A DNA stretch of 64,000 nucleotides from an uncultured cyanobacterium (GCA_963765575.1 CAVXWZ010000005.1:64001-128000); one strand, 5' to 3'; shown: positions 34,174-44,380, counted from the first letter of the stretch. The notes: generated by a model not told the origin, from the sequence alone. Numbers and translations: made by a program.

Positions 34174-35832
34174 TCAGGCCACGGCTGTGGGGACGCCTGC
34201 CGCCAGGGCCTCCTGGGCGTGCTTGAGCAGGGTGGCCGGGGGCAGCGGCCCCTCCAGGTGCTGCCAGGGCAGCACGCGCTCCGGGCTCCAGGTGGCGTGG
34301 ATCACCTCCTCCCAGGGGGGTGGCGGCGGCAGCGCAGTGTCCGCGCTGCAGGACGGCGCCGGATCGTGCTCGCCGGCCAGCACGGCCCGGTAGGCCTGCT
34401 TCCAGCCCCCGAGGCTTTCGTGACGGCTGCGGGCGGCGGCGATCACCGGTGCCAGGCGCCGGTCGCTGCGCGAGATCAGGGCCTGGATCACGCTCCAGCC
34501 ATAGCTCTCGGGCCGCAGTTCGATGCCTTTGGGCCTGAGCCGTTTGGCCAGCAGTTTGAGGCGCTTGTCGGCCTCCGGTCGCACCCCCTGCCACTGGAAG
34601 GGGGTATGGGCCTTCGGCACAAAGGTGCTCACCCCCAGTGACAGCCGCAGACCCGGCGTGGCTTTCTTCAGAGCCAGCAGCAGGGCGGCGGTGGCCTCCA
34701 CATCGGCCTCCTCTTCGGTGGGCAGGCCCACCATGCCGTAGAGCTTCAGGCCGCTGAGACCTCCCTCCTTGGCATAGCGGGCGGCGGCGTAGATCTCCTC
34801 GCTGGCGAGCTTCTTGTTCACCACCTGGCGCATGCGTTCGCTGCCGCTTTCGATAGCGATGGTGAGCGACTTACTGCCCCGTTTGGCCAGGATCCGGCCC
34901 AGTTCGGGGGTCACGGTGGCGGCGCGCACCGAGCTCACGCTCACCCGCGTGTCCTCGAAGCGGTCCTGGTCGAGCCAGCCCAGCAGCTCCGCGAACTGGG
35001 GGTGCTGGGTCACCGACGCCCCCAGCAGCCCCAGGCGCTGGGTGGCGGCCAGGCCCTTCTCCACTGCCGGGATCAGACCGTCATCGAGGCTGGGGGTGCG
35101 GAAGGGCAGGGTGAGGTAGCTGGCCAGGCAGAAGCGGCACAGCTCCGGACAGCTGCGCACCACCTCCACCATGTGGATCGACGGCCAGGCCGCCGCCGGG
35201 GTGATCACCGCCGAGTGGCTGAGGGTGTTGCCCCGCCAGGTCTGCTTGGCCACGGTGGCCGGGATGCCCGGCTCTTTGGGCTCCACGGCCAGCAGTTCGC
35301 CCTCGCTGCCGTAGCGGGGGGCGTAGAGGCTGGGCACATACACGCCCGGCACCTGGGCCAGTTGGCGCAGCCGTTCAGGGCGCGGGGCCTCCCGGCAGGC
35401 CTGGAGGGCATCGAGGAAGGCGGGCAGCAGCAGTTCGCCATCGCCGAGCAGCACCACGTCGAAGAAGGGCGCCAGCGGTTCGGGGTTGGCGGTCAGCACC
35501 GGGCCCCCACCGAACACGATCGGGTCGCCGTCGCCCCGTTGCTGGCTCCACAGGGGGATGTGCTGGCGCTCCAGCAGCTCCAGCAGCACCGGTCCGTCGA
35601 GCTCCCAGCTCAGGGACAGGCCGAACAGATCGAGCCTGCGGTGGGGCGGATCGCCCTGGTCGGTGAACAGACGGCGCACATCCACATCGGGCCGCTGGGC
35701 CAGGGTGGCCCACACCACCTGGTAGCCCAGGCTGGTGATGCCCACCGAATAGGTGCTGGGGAAGGCCAGCACGGTGCGCAGTGCCCAGGGCTGGGGCACT
35801 GCGGGCGTGAACAGCAGCGTTTCCTGATCCAG
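34174..35832 (-). CDS. Radical SAM protein (B12-binding-like N-terminus)
   Basis: RSCPELCRFC, FVPKAHTPFQ; no in-frame ATG, so the start is uncertain (35799-35832). Confidence 0.88.
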   Translation of the reverse strand: MDQETLLFTPAVPQPWALRTVLAFPSTYSVGITSLGYQVVWATLAQRPDVDVRRLFTDQGDPPHRRLDLFGLSLSWELDGPVLLELLERQHIPLWSQQRGDGDPIVFGGGPVLTANPEPLAPFFDVVLLGDGELLLPAFLDALQACREAPRPERLRQLAQVPGVYVPSLYAPRYGSEGELLAVEPKEPGIPATVAKQTWRGNTLSHSAVITPAAAWPSIHMVEVVRSCPELCRFCLASYLTLPFRTPSLDDGLIPAVEKGLAATQRLGLLGASVTQHPQFAELLGWLDQDRFEDTRVSVSSVRAATVTPELGRILAKRGSKSLTIAIESGSERMRQVVNKKLASEEIYAAARYAKEGGLSGLKLYGMVGLPTEEEADVEATAALLLALKKATPGLRLSLGVSTFVPKAHTPFQWQGVRPEADKRLKLLAKRLRPKGIELRPESYGWSVIQALISRSDRRLAPVIAAARSRHESLGGWKQAYRAVLAGEHDPAPSCSADTALPPPPPWEEVIHATWSPERVLPWQHLEGPLPPATLLKHAQEALAAGVPTAVA

Positions 35833-35880
35833 GGCAAGGCTGGGGGCGGTGTCGCCCCCAGCGTGTCACCCAGGGCAGGT

Positions 35881-36348
35881 CTACTGACCGATGAGGCCGC
35901 TGAGGGGACCGATGAGGCCGCTGATCGCCGAGCTGGCGGCGCCCGCCGCCGGAGTGCCACCGTCGAAGGTGCTGATCACGGTGTTGGCGGCCGACTCAAT
36001 CGCGGGCCACTTGTCACCGGCCAGGGGGCGGATCACCGGGGCGGAGCGGTCCCAGAGCGACTTGAAGCCACCCATCGTGACGTCGGCGGTTTCGAGATTG
36101 CCGTCCTCCACCTGTGCCTGGCCTTTCTTCAGCAGATCGAGCACGGGATTGACAGCCTGGGCCAGTGCGGCTTGGCCAGTGGCCGTAGCGGCGTCCTGGG
36201 CGGCATCGCCCATACCGGTAGCGGCATCGTCCACGGTCTGCTTAGCCTGCTGGCAGCCACTGAGGGTGAGCCCACCGGCCACCGTCAGGGCCATGGCGGC
36301 GCCGAGAAAGCGGCTGCTGCGCCAGCGGCGAGGGTGTTGTGAAATCAT
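35881..36348 (-). CDS. Hypothetical lipoprotein
   Basis: Basic N-terminus, hydrophobic stretch and LSGC lipobox. Confidence 0.7.
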   Translation of the reverse strand: MISQHPRRWRSSRFLGAAMALTVAGGLTLSGCQQAKQTVDDAATGMGDAAQDAATATGQAALAQAVNPVLDLLKKGQAQVEDGNLETADVTMGGFKSLWDRSAPVIRPLAGDKWPAIESAANTVISTFDGGTPAAGAASSAISGLIGPLSGLIGQ

Positions 36349-36430
36349 CACGATGATCCTTGGTTTCTCGTAAAAGGTAGCCCTGGACACCAGTCCTGCC
36401 CATGGCCGGTGCGCCCGCCCGCCCGCCCCT

Positions 36431-37903
36431 TCAGGGCTGACCGCTCTCGGGGCCTGCTCCAGCGGCATTGGCATGTCCCAGCCGCGGCCGCAGCGGCACC
36501 GAGCTGGGGGCCGGCCCTGGGGAGGGGGCATCGCCCGCCCAGGCCTGGTGGCCGGGGGGAGCCAGCTGGATCAGCCGCTCGAACAGCGACTCGCTGGCCA
36601 GCAGCCGCGACACCACGATGCTGCCGAGGCAGGCACTGAGCACTGGCTTGAGCAGCAGCCACTCCTTGCTGAGGGCGAACACCAGAAACAGGGCCGTGAT
36701 CGGCGTGCGGGCCGTGGCGGCGAGAAAGGCTCCCATGCCGGCGAACACGGCAGTGCTGGGGGCCTGGATGCCAACCAGCTCCACGAGTTTCACGGCCACC
36801 AGCCCAAGGGCGCCACCGAGGGTGAGCATGGGGGCGAACAGGCCCCCCGGTGCCCCCACCGCCGCGGCCAGCCCGGTGGTGAGGAACAGCACCACGGCCA
36901 CGCTCACTGCCATGGCCACGTCCACATCACCACTGGCCACCGCCAGGCGGATGCCGGCGTCGTTCACGAAGGCATCGGGCAGAGCGGCGTCGATCAGGCC
37001 CAGCACCGCCCCGGCCAGGGCCAGCTTCACGGCCAGGGAGCTGCGCCAGATGTTGGTGAGCCGCTGAAGAGCCAGCAGGAAGCGGCAGTAGGCCTCGGCC
37101 ACCACTGCCACCAGGCCGCCGAGACCGAACAACAGGATCAGATCAATGGGCAGCACCTGCACGAACACCGACACGGTGCGTTTGAGCTGCAGGGCCCCGC
37201 TGTCGATCACCTGGGTGCTGTCCACGCCCAGGCCTGCCAGCCCCAGCAGGTCGGCCCAGATGTCGGCCCAGAAGGTGAGCGTCAGCACGATCAACATCAC
37301 CACCGGTCTGCCGCCGCGCAGCAGCGACTCCAGGGTGTAGAAGAAGCCGGCGATCGGAGCGTTGAACACGGCGGTGATCCCGGCGCCACCGCCGGCGGCC
37401 ACCAGCACACGCACGAAGGCCCGCGGCGCCTTCAACAGCCGTCCCAGGCTCCAACCCATCGAGCTGCCCATCTGGATGGCCGGGCCGGAGGGGCCGAGGG
37501 GAAAGCCGCTGCCGATGGCCAGGATGCCGGCCACCAGCTTCACCACGGCGATGCGCAGGCCGATCGGCACCCCCCGCCTGCGCAGAAACAGCATCACCTG
37601 GGTGATGCCGGACCCCGATGCTGCCGGTGCCAGGGTCTGAATCAGCAGCCCCGCCAGCAGGCCGCCGGCGCTGCCGAAGGCGGGAAGCAACAGCCAGGCC
37701 GGGCCGGTGGTCAGCAGCCGGATGCGCCAGCTGCCCAGGGCGTCGATGCCGACGGCGAACACCAGCACGGTGGTGGCCACCGCCAGGCCCGTGAGGGCCA
37801 GGCCCAGCACCACCCCCCCACCGCGCTGCTCGAGCAGCTGGCGGATGGCCCGCAGCTGCAGCCATTCGTCGTGATGGATCGGGGTGCCGGCCTTCTTGAC
37901 CAC
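36431..37903 (-). CDS. ClC-family anion channel/transporter, non-canonical
   Basis: GSGIT, GPSGP, FNAPIAG, GGLFAP, RTPITA motifs; no CBS domains. Confidence 0.88.
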   Translation of the reverse strand: MVKKAGTPIHHDEWLQLRAIRQLLEQRGGGVVLGLALTGLAVATTVLVFAVGIDALGSWRIRLLTTGPAWLLLPAFGSAGGLLAGLLIQTLAPAASGSGITQVMLFLRRRGVPIGLRIAVVKLVAGILAIGSGFPLGPSGPAIQMGSSMGWSLGRLLKAPRAFVRVLVAAGGGAGITAVFNAPIAGFFYTLESLLRGGRPVVMLIVLTLTFWADIWADLLGLAGLGVDSTQVIDSGALQLKRTVSVFVQVLPIDLILLFGLGGLVAVVAEAYCRFLLALQRLTNIWRSSLAVKLALAGAVLGLIDAALPDAFVNDAGIRLAVASGDVDVAMAVSVAVVLFLTTGLAAAVGAPGGLFAPMLTLGGALGLVAVKLVELVGIQAPSTAVFAGMGAFLAATARTPITALFLVFALSKEWLLLKPVLSACLGSIVVSRLLASESLFERLIQLAPPGHQAWAGDAPSPGPAPSSVPLRPRLGHANAAGAGPESGQP

Positions 37904-37910
37904 CCCCGGC

Positions 37911-40532
37911 TCAGCCCACTTCCGCCAGCATCCGGGCCTCCTCCTCGGCGCTCACCACCCGACCCTGATCCTCGAAGCCCTCGATCTGATCGAAGTTGAG
38001 GTAGCGGTAGAGCTCCTCGCCGAAGGGATCGATCTTCTCGGCGGCGATGGCCAGATACTCCTGCTTGCTGGGGATGCGGCCCAGCTGGGCGCACACCGCC
38101 GCCAGTTCAGCGCTGCCCAGGTACACCTGGGCGCCGTTGCCGAGGCGGTTGTTGAAGTTGCGGGTGCTGGTGGAGAACACGGTGGTGTTGTCGTCGACCC
38201 GGGCCTGGTTGCCCATGCACAGGGAGCAGCCCGGCATCTCCATGCGTGCGTCGGTGGACTCGAAGATGGCGTAGTAGCCCTCCTCCTTGAGCTTCTCCTC
38301 GTCCATGCGGGTGGGCGGACACACCCACAGACGCGCCTTGTTGCTGCCCTGCCCCTTGAGCACGTTGGCGGCGGCGCGGTAGTGGCCGATGTTGGTCATG
38401 CAGGAGCCGATGAACACCTCATCGACGCGATCACCGGCCACCTCGCTGAGGGCCTTGACGTTGTCGGGGTCATTGGGGCAGGCCAGGATTGGCTCGCCGA
38501 TGTCATCAAGGTTGATGTCGATGATCTCCGCATACTCGGCATCGGCGTCGGCCACCATCAGCTGCGGGTCGGCCAGCCAGGCCTCCATCGCCTGGATGCG
38601 GCGGGCCAGGGTGCGGGCATCGCCGTAGCCGCGGGCGATCATGTTTCTGAGCAGGGCCACGTTGCTGCGCAGGTATTCGCTCACGGTGTCGACGCTGAGC
38701 TTGATCGTGCAGCCGGCACAGGAGCGTTCGGCGGTCGCGTCTGTCAGTTCAAAAGCCTGCTCCAGCTTCAGGTCCGGCAGGCCCTCAATCTCCATGATGC
38801 GGCCGTTGAACACATTCTTCTTGCCCTCCTTGGCCACGGTGAGCAGTCCCTGCTGGATGGCCACCCAGGGAATCGCGTTGACCACATCGCGCAGGGTGAC
38901 CCCGGGCTGCAGGGAGCCGCTGAAGCGCACCAGCACCGATTCGGGCATGTCCAGGGGCATGGCGCCGATGGCGGCGGCGAAGGCCACCAGCCCGGAGCCG
39001 CCCGGGAACGAAATCCCCAGGGGGAAGCGGGTGTGGCTGTCGCCGCCTGTGCCCACCGTGTCGGGCAGCAGCATGCGGTTGAGCCAGCTGTGGATGATGC
39101 CGTCGCCCGGTTGCAGGGCCACGCCACCACGGGAGGCCATGAAGTCGGGCAGTTCGGCGTGGGTCTTGAGGTCGACGGGCTTGGGATAGGCGGCGGTGTG
39201 GCAGAAGCTCTGCATCACCAGATCGGCGGAGAAGCCCAGGCAGGCCAGCTCCTTCATCTCGTCGCGGGTCATTGGCCCGGTGGTGTCCTGGGAGCCCACG
39301 GTGGTCATCAGCGGCTCGCAGCTGGTGCCCGGGCGCACGCCGGCCAGCCCGCAGGCCTTGCCCACCATCTTCTGGGCCAGGGTGAAGCCCTTGCCGGTGT
39401 CTGTCGGCGGGGTGGGGCGGATGAACAGCTGCGAGGCCGGCAGGTCCAGCTGGGCCCGCACCTTGTCGGTGAGGGCGCGGCCGATCATCAGGGGGATGCG
39501 GCCGCCGGCGCGCACCTCATCGGCGATGGTGCTGGGCTTGAGCTCGAAGCGGGCCACGATCTCGCCGGCACCGGGCTCGCCGGCGGCGCGCTCGATCGTG
39601 CCCGCGGCGGGACGGATCGTGATCACGTCGCCGCTGGCCAGGCCGGTGACGTCGCACTCGATCGGCAGGGCACCGGAATCCTCGGCGGTGTTGAAGAAGA
39701 TCGGCGCGATCTTGCCGCCCAGAATCACACCGCCGCTGCGCTTGTTGGGCACGTGGGGGATGTCGGTGCCGATGTGCCAGAGCACCGAATTGATGGCGGA
39801 TTTCCGCGAACTGCCGGTGCCCACCACATCGCCCACGTAGGCCAGCGGATGCCCCTTGCCCTTGAGCTGCTCGATCAGCTCCAGGCCACCCGGCATGCGG
39901 GTCTCCAGCATCGCCATGGCGTGCAGGGGGATGTCGGGTCGGGTGGTGGCGTGGGTGGCGGGGGAGAGGTCGTCGGTGTTGGTCTCGCCCTCCAGCTTGA
40001 ACACCGTCACGGTGATCTCCTCGGCCAGGCCGGGACGGGCGGTGAACCATTCGGCGGCGGCCCAGCTGTCCACCACCTGCTGGGCCCAGGGGTTGGTCTC
40101 GGCCAGCTCGAGCACGTCGTGGAAGGCGTCGTAGACCAGCAGGGTGCGGCTGAGGCCGGCGGCGGCCGCACCGGCCACGGCGGCATCGGCATGGCCCAGC
40201 AGCTCGATCAGGGCGCCGACGTTGTAGCCGCCGATCATGGTGGCCAGCAGTCGCACCGCCTCAAGGGCATCCACCAGGGGGCTGGTGACCTCGCCCTTGG
40301 CCACGGCCAGCAGCCAGCCCGCCTTCACGTAGGCCGCCTCGTCGACCCCGGGCGGGATGCGCTCGCGCAGGAGGTGCAGCAGAAACGCCTCCTCGCCGGC
40401 CGGCGGTGCCGCCAGCAGTTCGCTGAGGGCTGAGGTCTGAGCGGCCGTGAGCGGCAGGGCCGGAACTCCCAGGGCCTCGCGCTCGGCGGCGGCGGCGCGG
40501 TAGTCGGCAAGGACGGTGGTGGTGGCACACAT
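37911..40532 (-). CDS. acnB: Aconitate hydratase B
   Basis: PPGVDEAAYVKA, GTGSSRKSA, QSFCHTAAYPKP, FIGSCMTNIGH, GCSLCMGNQ. Confidence 0.98.
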   Translation of the reverse strand: MCATTTVLADYRAAAAEREALGVPALPLTAAQTSALSELLAAPPAGEEAFLLHLLRERIPPGVDEAAYVKAGWLLAVAKGEVTSPLVDALEAVRLLATMIGGYNVGALIELLGHADAAVAGAAAAGLSRTLLVYDAFHDVLELAETNPWAQQVVDSWAAAEWFTARPGLAEEITVTVFKLEGETNTDDLSPATHATTRPDIPLHAMAMLETRMPGGLELIEQLKGKGHPLAYVGDVVGTGSSRKSAINSVLWHIGTDIPHVPNKRSGGVILGGKIAPIFFNTAEDSGALPIECDVTGLASGDVITIRPAAGTIERAAGEPGAGEIVARFELKPSTIADEVRAGGRIPLMIGRALTDKVRAQLDLPASQLFIRPTPPTDTGKGFTLAQKMVGKACGLAGVRPGTSCEPLMTTVGSQDTTGPMTRDEMKELACLGFSADLVMQSFCHTAAYPKPVDLKTHAELPDFMASRGGVALQPGDGIIHSWLNRMLLPDTVGTGGDSHTRFPLGISFPGGSGLVAFAAAIGAMPLDMPESVLVRFSGSLQPGVTLRDVVNAIPWVAIQQGLLTVAKEGKKNVFNGRIMEIEGLPDLKLEQAFELTDATAERSCAGCTIKLSVDTVSEYLRSNVALLRNMIARGYGDARTLARRIQAMEAWLADPQLMVADADAEYAEIIDINLDDIGEPILACPNDPDNVKALSEVAGDRVDEVFIGSCMTNIGHYRAAANVLKGQGSNKARLWVCPPTRMDEEKLKEEGYYAIFESTDARMEMPGCSLCMGNQARVDDNTTVFSTSTRNFNNRLGNGAQVYLGSAELAAVCAQLGRIPSKQEYLAIAAEKIDPFGEELYRYLNFDQIEGFEDQGRVVSAEEEARMLAEVG

Positions 40533-40692
40533 CGCGATTCGTTGCACAGTTCACCCATTGTTCTTGGCCAGGGGCCTGGTTGGTGGTGACAATCGCTGCC
40601 ATCACCCGATCCGCCGGGTTGCGGCCAGGTGGCGATGGCGCTCTGATTAGGGTGAAAGGCTGAGCGCGGCACCCGACGGCAGCCTGTTTCCC

Positions 40693-41817
40693 ATGCACGC
40701 CACCACCAGCGACCTCCATGTGGTGGAGACACGGCCGCTGGTGCCGCCTGTCGTGTTGCACCGCGACCTGCCGATCAGTGAGCGTGCCACCGCCATCGTT
40801 CAGCAGACCCGCCAGCGCATCCAGGAGATCCTGCACGGCCGCGATCAGCGCCTGCTGGTGATCGTGGGCCCCTGTTCGGTACACGACGTGGCAGCGGCCA
40901 AGGACTACGCCAGCTTCATCGCCGAGGCCCGGCAGCGTCACGCCGGCGAACTCGAATTGGTGATGCGGGTGTACTTCGAGAAGCCCCGCACCACCGTGGG
41001 TTGGAAGGGTCTGATCAACGACCCCCACCTGGACGGCAGCTACGACATCAACACCGGCCTGCGGCTGGCCCGCTCGCTGCTGTTGCACGTGTCGGAACTG
41101 GGCCTGCCGGCGGCTACGGAGCTGCTCGATCCGGTGGTGCCCCAGTACATCGCCGACCTGATCAGCTGGACGGCCATCGGCGCCCGCACCACCGAGAGCC
41201 AGACCCACCGCGAGATGGCCTCGGGCCTGTCGATGCCGATCGGCTTCAAGAACGGCACCGACGGCAGCGTCGCCACAGCGGTGAATGCCATGGAGGCCGC
41301 GGCGCGGCCCCACCATTTCCTGGGCATCAACAGTGACGGCCACGCCGCGATCGTGACCACCAGCGGCAACCCCGATGGCCACCTGGTGCTGCGGGGTGGC
41401 AAGCACGGCACCAATTACCACCCGGAGGCGATCGAGGCGGCGGCCGCGGCCCTGGAGAAGGCTGGCCTGCCCTCACGGCTGATGGTGGACTGCAGCCACG
41501 GCAACTCCAACAAGGACTACCGCCGCCAGAGCGAGGTGGTCGGCCAGGTGGCGGAGCAGGTGCGGACCGGGTCGCGCCAGGTGATGGGGGTGATGCTCGA
41601 AAGCCACCTGGTGGCGGGGAACCAGAAGCTGCCCGCCGACCTCAGCCAGCTCCGCTACGGCCAGAGCATCACCGATGCCTGCATCGATCTGGCCACCACC
41701 GCCGAGGCGCTGGCCACCCTGGCCGAGGCGGTGCGGGCCACGGCCGCCGGGCCCGATGGCAGGACTGCTGATGGAGCTGCCGCCGACTCTGGCGGCCGCC
41801 CGGCCCTGACGGTGTGA
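40693..41817 (+). CDS. aroG: 3-deoxy-7-phosphoheptulonate (DAHP) synthase, class I-alpha
   Basis: GPCSVHD, YFEKPRTTVGWKGL, IGARTTESQ, DCSHGNS, SITDAC. Confidence 0.93.
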   Translation: MHATTSDLHVVETRPLVPPVVLHRDLPISERATAIVQQTRQRIQEILHGRDQRLLVIVGPCSVHDVAAAKDYASFIAEARQRHAGELELVMRVYFEKPRTTVGWKGLINDPHLDGSYDINTGLRLARSLLLHVSELGLPAATELLDPVVPQYIADLISWTAIGARTTESQTHREMASGLSMPIGFKNGTDGSVATAVNAMEAAARPHHFLGINSDGHAAIVTTSGNPDGHLVLRGGKHGTNYHPEAIEAAAAALEKAGLPSRLMVDCSHGNSNKDYRRQSEVVGQVAEQVRTGSRQVMGVMLESHLVAGNQKLPADLSQLRYGQSITDACIDLATTAEALATLAEAVRATAAGPDGRTADGAAADSGGRPALTV

Positions 41818-41872
41818 GCCCTGGGGGATCGGCACCACGACGATGGCGATCGCAGGCCAATGCCTGTGCCGA

Positions 41873-41899
41873 TTGGCACTCGAGTAGCAAGAGTGCCAG
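41873..41899. promoter_or_regulatory. CIRCE-like operator TTGGCACTC-N9-GAGTGCCAG
   Basis: Exact 9-9-9 geometry; 3 mismatches to TTAGCACTC-N9-GAGTGCTAA, two of them symmetric. Confidence 0.7.
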
Positions 41900-41993
41900 T
41901 CAACGAATACGGCAACATCGTGCAACGAACTGTTCTTCATGAACAGCTTTATTTGGCTGGCCCCATAACGTGCGCCCATCTCACGCGAGCTGG

Positions 41994-42320
41994 ATGATGA
42001 GTTATCTGCTGCAGTTCTGCGGGCTATCTGATCCCTTGCAGCTCTTTTATCTTGAGCAGAGCGAGGGCCCCGCGTTCGCGGGCTTCCGCCCCGTGCAACT
42101 CGATGGACTGCTGGGCTGGGCCCAGGCCATCGGACATCAGCGCCACTGGGATCTGGAGGTGATCCACCAGGCCGTGATCGAGGTCTGGATGGAGCGCGCC
42201 GATGTGATCCGGCAGTGGCAGTTGCGCCTCCGTCACGAACCTGACGATTGGCTGCTGGTGGCAGGCCTGGGCACGCCCCGGGACTGGGAGCGCCGTTGTG
42301 AGCAGCTGCTGCGGGCCTAG
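41994..42320 (+). CDS. Hypothetical Trp-rich protein
   Basis: 108-aa ORF, about 95 bp downstream of the CIRCE-like site. Confidence 0.65.
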   Translation: MMSYLLQFCGLSDPLQLFYLEQSEGPAFAGFRPVQLDGLLGWAQAIGHQRHWDLEVIHQAVIEVWMERADVIRQWQLRLRHEPDDWLLVAGLGTPRDWERRCEQLLRA

Positions 42321-42341
42321 GGCGGTCGCCAAGGTGGCGGC

Positions 42342-43046
42342 TCAGCTGAGTTGCTGCCAGAGCCAGGCCACCCCCAGCGGCACGCTGAGGTTGTCGATGC
42401 CGCCGATGCCCACCTGCTCCAGCGCGGTGGCGGCGGCGGCGATGCTCACCAGGGTGGGCCAGGAAGGTGCTCCCGTCTCCACACCCAGCCCCATCAGCAC
42501 CAGGCGCAGCAGCACCAGCACCAGCAGGCTGGAGCCGCCCATCACGGCCGTGCCCAGCAGCGAGCGGCGCTGGCCCAGCACCCGCCAGCTGGGACTCTCC
42601 AGCAGCGGCCCCACCAAGCCGGCCAGGCCGTCGCCAACGGCCATCACCAGCACTCCGGCGCAGACGGGGGCTGGCTGCAGCGGCCAGTACTGCCACAGCA
42701 ACAGCGTGATCGAGGCGCCATAGGCCACGGTGCCGTAGCTGGCGCGGCCCACGTCCTCCACCGCCGGCAGCAGCCGCAGCCTGTGGTTCAGGGCCGCCAC
42801 CACGGTGATGGCAGCGGCGGCCGGCACGGCGATCAGGCGATCGATGCCCACCATCCAGGCCAACGGCACCACGGCGCCGCTGCCGATGTGCACCAGCTTG
42901 CGACTCCATTCCCGTTGGGACGGGCTGGACGATCCGTCCCAGCGCCGGCGCAGCGCCACCGCCAGGGCCGCCAGCAGGGCGAGCCAGCAGGCGATCACGG
43001 CCACCGCCAGAGCCTGCTGGGGCCAGTTCAGCCCGGGCCAGGTCAA
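42342..43046 (-). CDS. Diacylglycerol/polyprenol (phytol/dolichol) kinase family protein
   Basis: SRKLVHIG.G, GDGLAGLVG, G.DNL.VP. Confidence 0.85.
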   Translation of the reverse strand: MTWPGLNWPQQALAVAVIACWLALLAALAVALRRRWDGSSSPSQREWSRKLVHIGSGAVVPLAWMVGIDRLIAVPAAAAITVVAALNHRLRLLPAVEDVGRASYGTVAYGASITLLLWQYWPLQPAPVCAGVLVMAVGDGLAGLVGPLLESPSWRVLGQRRSLLGTAVMGGSSLLVLVLLRLVLMGLGVETGAPSWPTLVSIAAAATALEQVGIGGIDNLSVPLGVAWLWQQLS

Positions 43047-43065
43047 CGCTGCAACCAGGTGACGT

Positions 43066-44100
43066 TCAGGCCGCTTTGTGCACGTTACTGAGCAGCCTCA
43101 GCTTCATGATCGCCTTGGCCTCCAGCTGCCGTACCCGTTCCCGGGAGACATGGATCAGCCGTCCGATCTCGGCCAGGGTGAGCGGTTCGCTGCCCTCCAG
43201 GCCGAAGCGCAGCCTGATGATCGTCTGCTCGCGCTCATTGAGCTGGGACAGCCACGTCCCCAGGTGCTCCTTCTGCAGATGGCGATCCATCGCGTCGAAG
43301 TGCTGATTGCTGGCGGGATCGGCAATCAGCTCGCCCAGGGTGCTGCGGTCCTCTTCGCCGCGGGCGTGGGCGTCGAGGGAGGTGCAGGGGGCGCTCTGGG
43401 TGATCAGGTCATCCAGTTCCTCCGGTTTCATGCCCAGGGCATGGGCCAGTTCCAGGCGGTTGGGCTGGCGGCCGAGGCGGTGGGAGAGTTCCCGGCTCAC
43501 GCGCCGCATCTTCGAGAGCTTCTCGCTCACGTGGATCGGCAGGCGGATGGTGCGGGCGCTGTTGTCGATCGCCCGGGTCATGCCCTGGCGAATCCACCAG
43601 TAGGCATAGGTGGAAAACTTGTAGCCCATGGCCGGATCAAACTTGTCGACCGCCCGCTCCAGGCCGATGGCCCCTTCCTGAACCAGATCCAACAGTTCCA
43701 GGCCCTGATGTTGGTATTTCTTGGCCACGCTCACCACCAGCCGCAGGTTGGCGGACATCATCCGCTCGCGGGCCCGCCGGGCCATGCGCAGCTGTCGCTG
43801 CTGCTGGGGTTTGAGCTGTTCGGCCGGCAGTTCCTGCAGCCGCTTGCCGGCCTGAACATGGTGGGCCAGCTCGATTTCCTCGGCCGGGGTGAGCAGCGGC
43901 ACGCGGCCGATGTTGCTCAGATACCAGCCGATCGAGTCGGCGTTGATGCGGGTGGTGGGCCGGGAGGCGCTGCGGGCTCGACTGGAGCTTGATCGAGCCG
44001 TGGTCGAACTGCCGGTTTTTGATCTGGCTGTCTTGGATGGCTTCATAACGTCACTGGAAGCAACGTCGGAAGCGGATTGCGAAGGCGTCCCCACACCCAT
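43066..44100 (-). CDS. Group 2 sigma-70 factor
   Basis: Lacks region 1.1; ANLRLVVSVAKKY, DLVQEG, KFSTYAYWWIRQ, SRERVRQ.E. Confidence 0.93.
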   Translation of the reverse strand: MGVGTPSQSASDVASSDVMKPSKTARSKTGSSTTARSSSSRARSASRPTTRINADSIGWYLSNIGRVPLLTPAEEIELAHHVQAGKRLQELPAEQLKPQQQRQLRMARRARERMMSANLRLVVSVAKKYQHQGLELLDLVQEGAIGLERAVDKFDPAMGYKFSTYAYWWIRQGMTRAIDNSARTIRLPIHVSEKLSKMRRVSRELSHRLGRQPNRLELAHALGMKPEELDDLITQSAPCTSLDAHARGEEDRSTLGELIADPASNQHFDAMDRHLQKEHLGTWLSQLNEREQTIIRLRFGLEGSEPLTLAEIGRLIHVSRERVRQLEAKAIMKLRLLSNVHKAA

Positions 44101-44260
44101 GCCCTCCGAAATTAATTGTGCGCGGAATGTAGCACCAGGGTGATCGGTTCAGAGGCTTGATCTTGACGATTTTCTGGATTGGAGATGCGCTGTGATGATC
44201 TTCGCCATCAACAACGTCAATCTGGTGTCAACTGATGCCAAGAGTCCAAGGGTGGGGGCT

Positions 44261-44280
44261 TTTGTGGCGAAAGCCACAAA
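44261..44280. other. Perfect hairpin TTTGTGGC-GAAA-GCCACAAA between ppk1 and the sigma gene
   Basis: 8-bp stem with a GNRA loop on the + strand. Confidence 0.6.
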
Positions 44281-44322
44281 CCCGCAGCGCCAACGCCCGG
44301 CAGCCATCCCGAGCAACAGCCA

Positions 44323-44380
44323 TGACCAAGCAACTGGTTGACCAGGTCTCGGGTTGACCAAGTCTTGGGTTGACCAAGAA
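44323..44380. repeat. Four TGACCA(A/G)G units at exact 16-bp spacing
   Basis: TGACCA starts at 44323, 44339, 44355, 44371. Confidence 0.8.

Noticed and set aside
37884..40433. 849-aa ORF antisense to acnB, and similar long ORFs opposite uvrA, sps, psbA, argG and nirA
   Set aside because: Stop-poor shadow frames expected at high GC; no recognisable motifs.
41939..41968. 9-codon uORF MNSFIWLAP after the CIRCE-like site
   Set aside because: Too short to support; no RBS or attenuator structure seen.
44323..44380. CRISPR-like reading of the 16-bp array
   Set aside because: Units are too short, there are no unique spacers of CRISPR length, and no cas genes.
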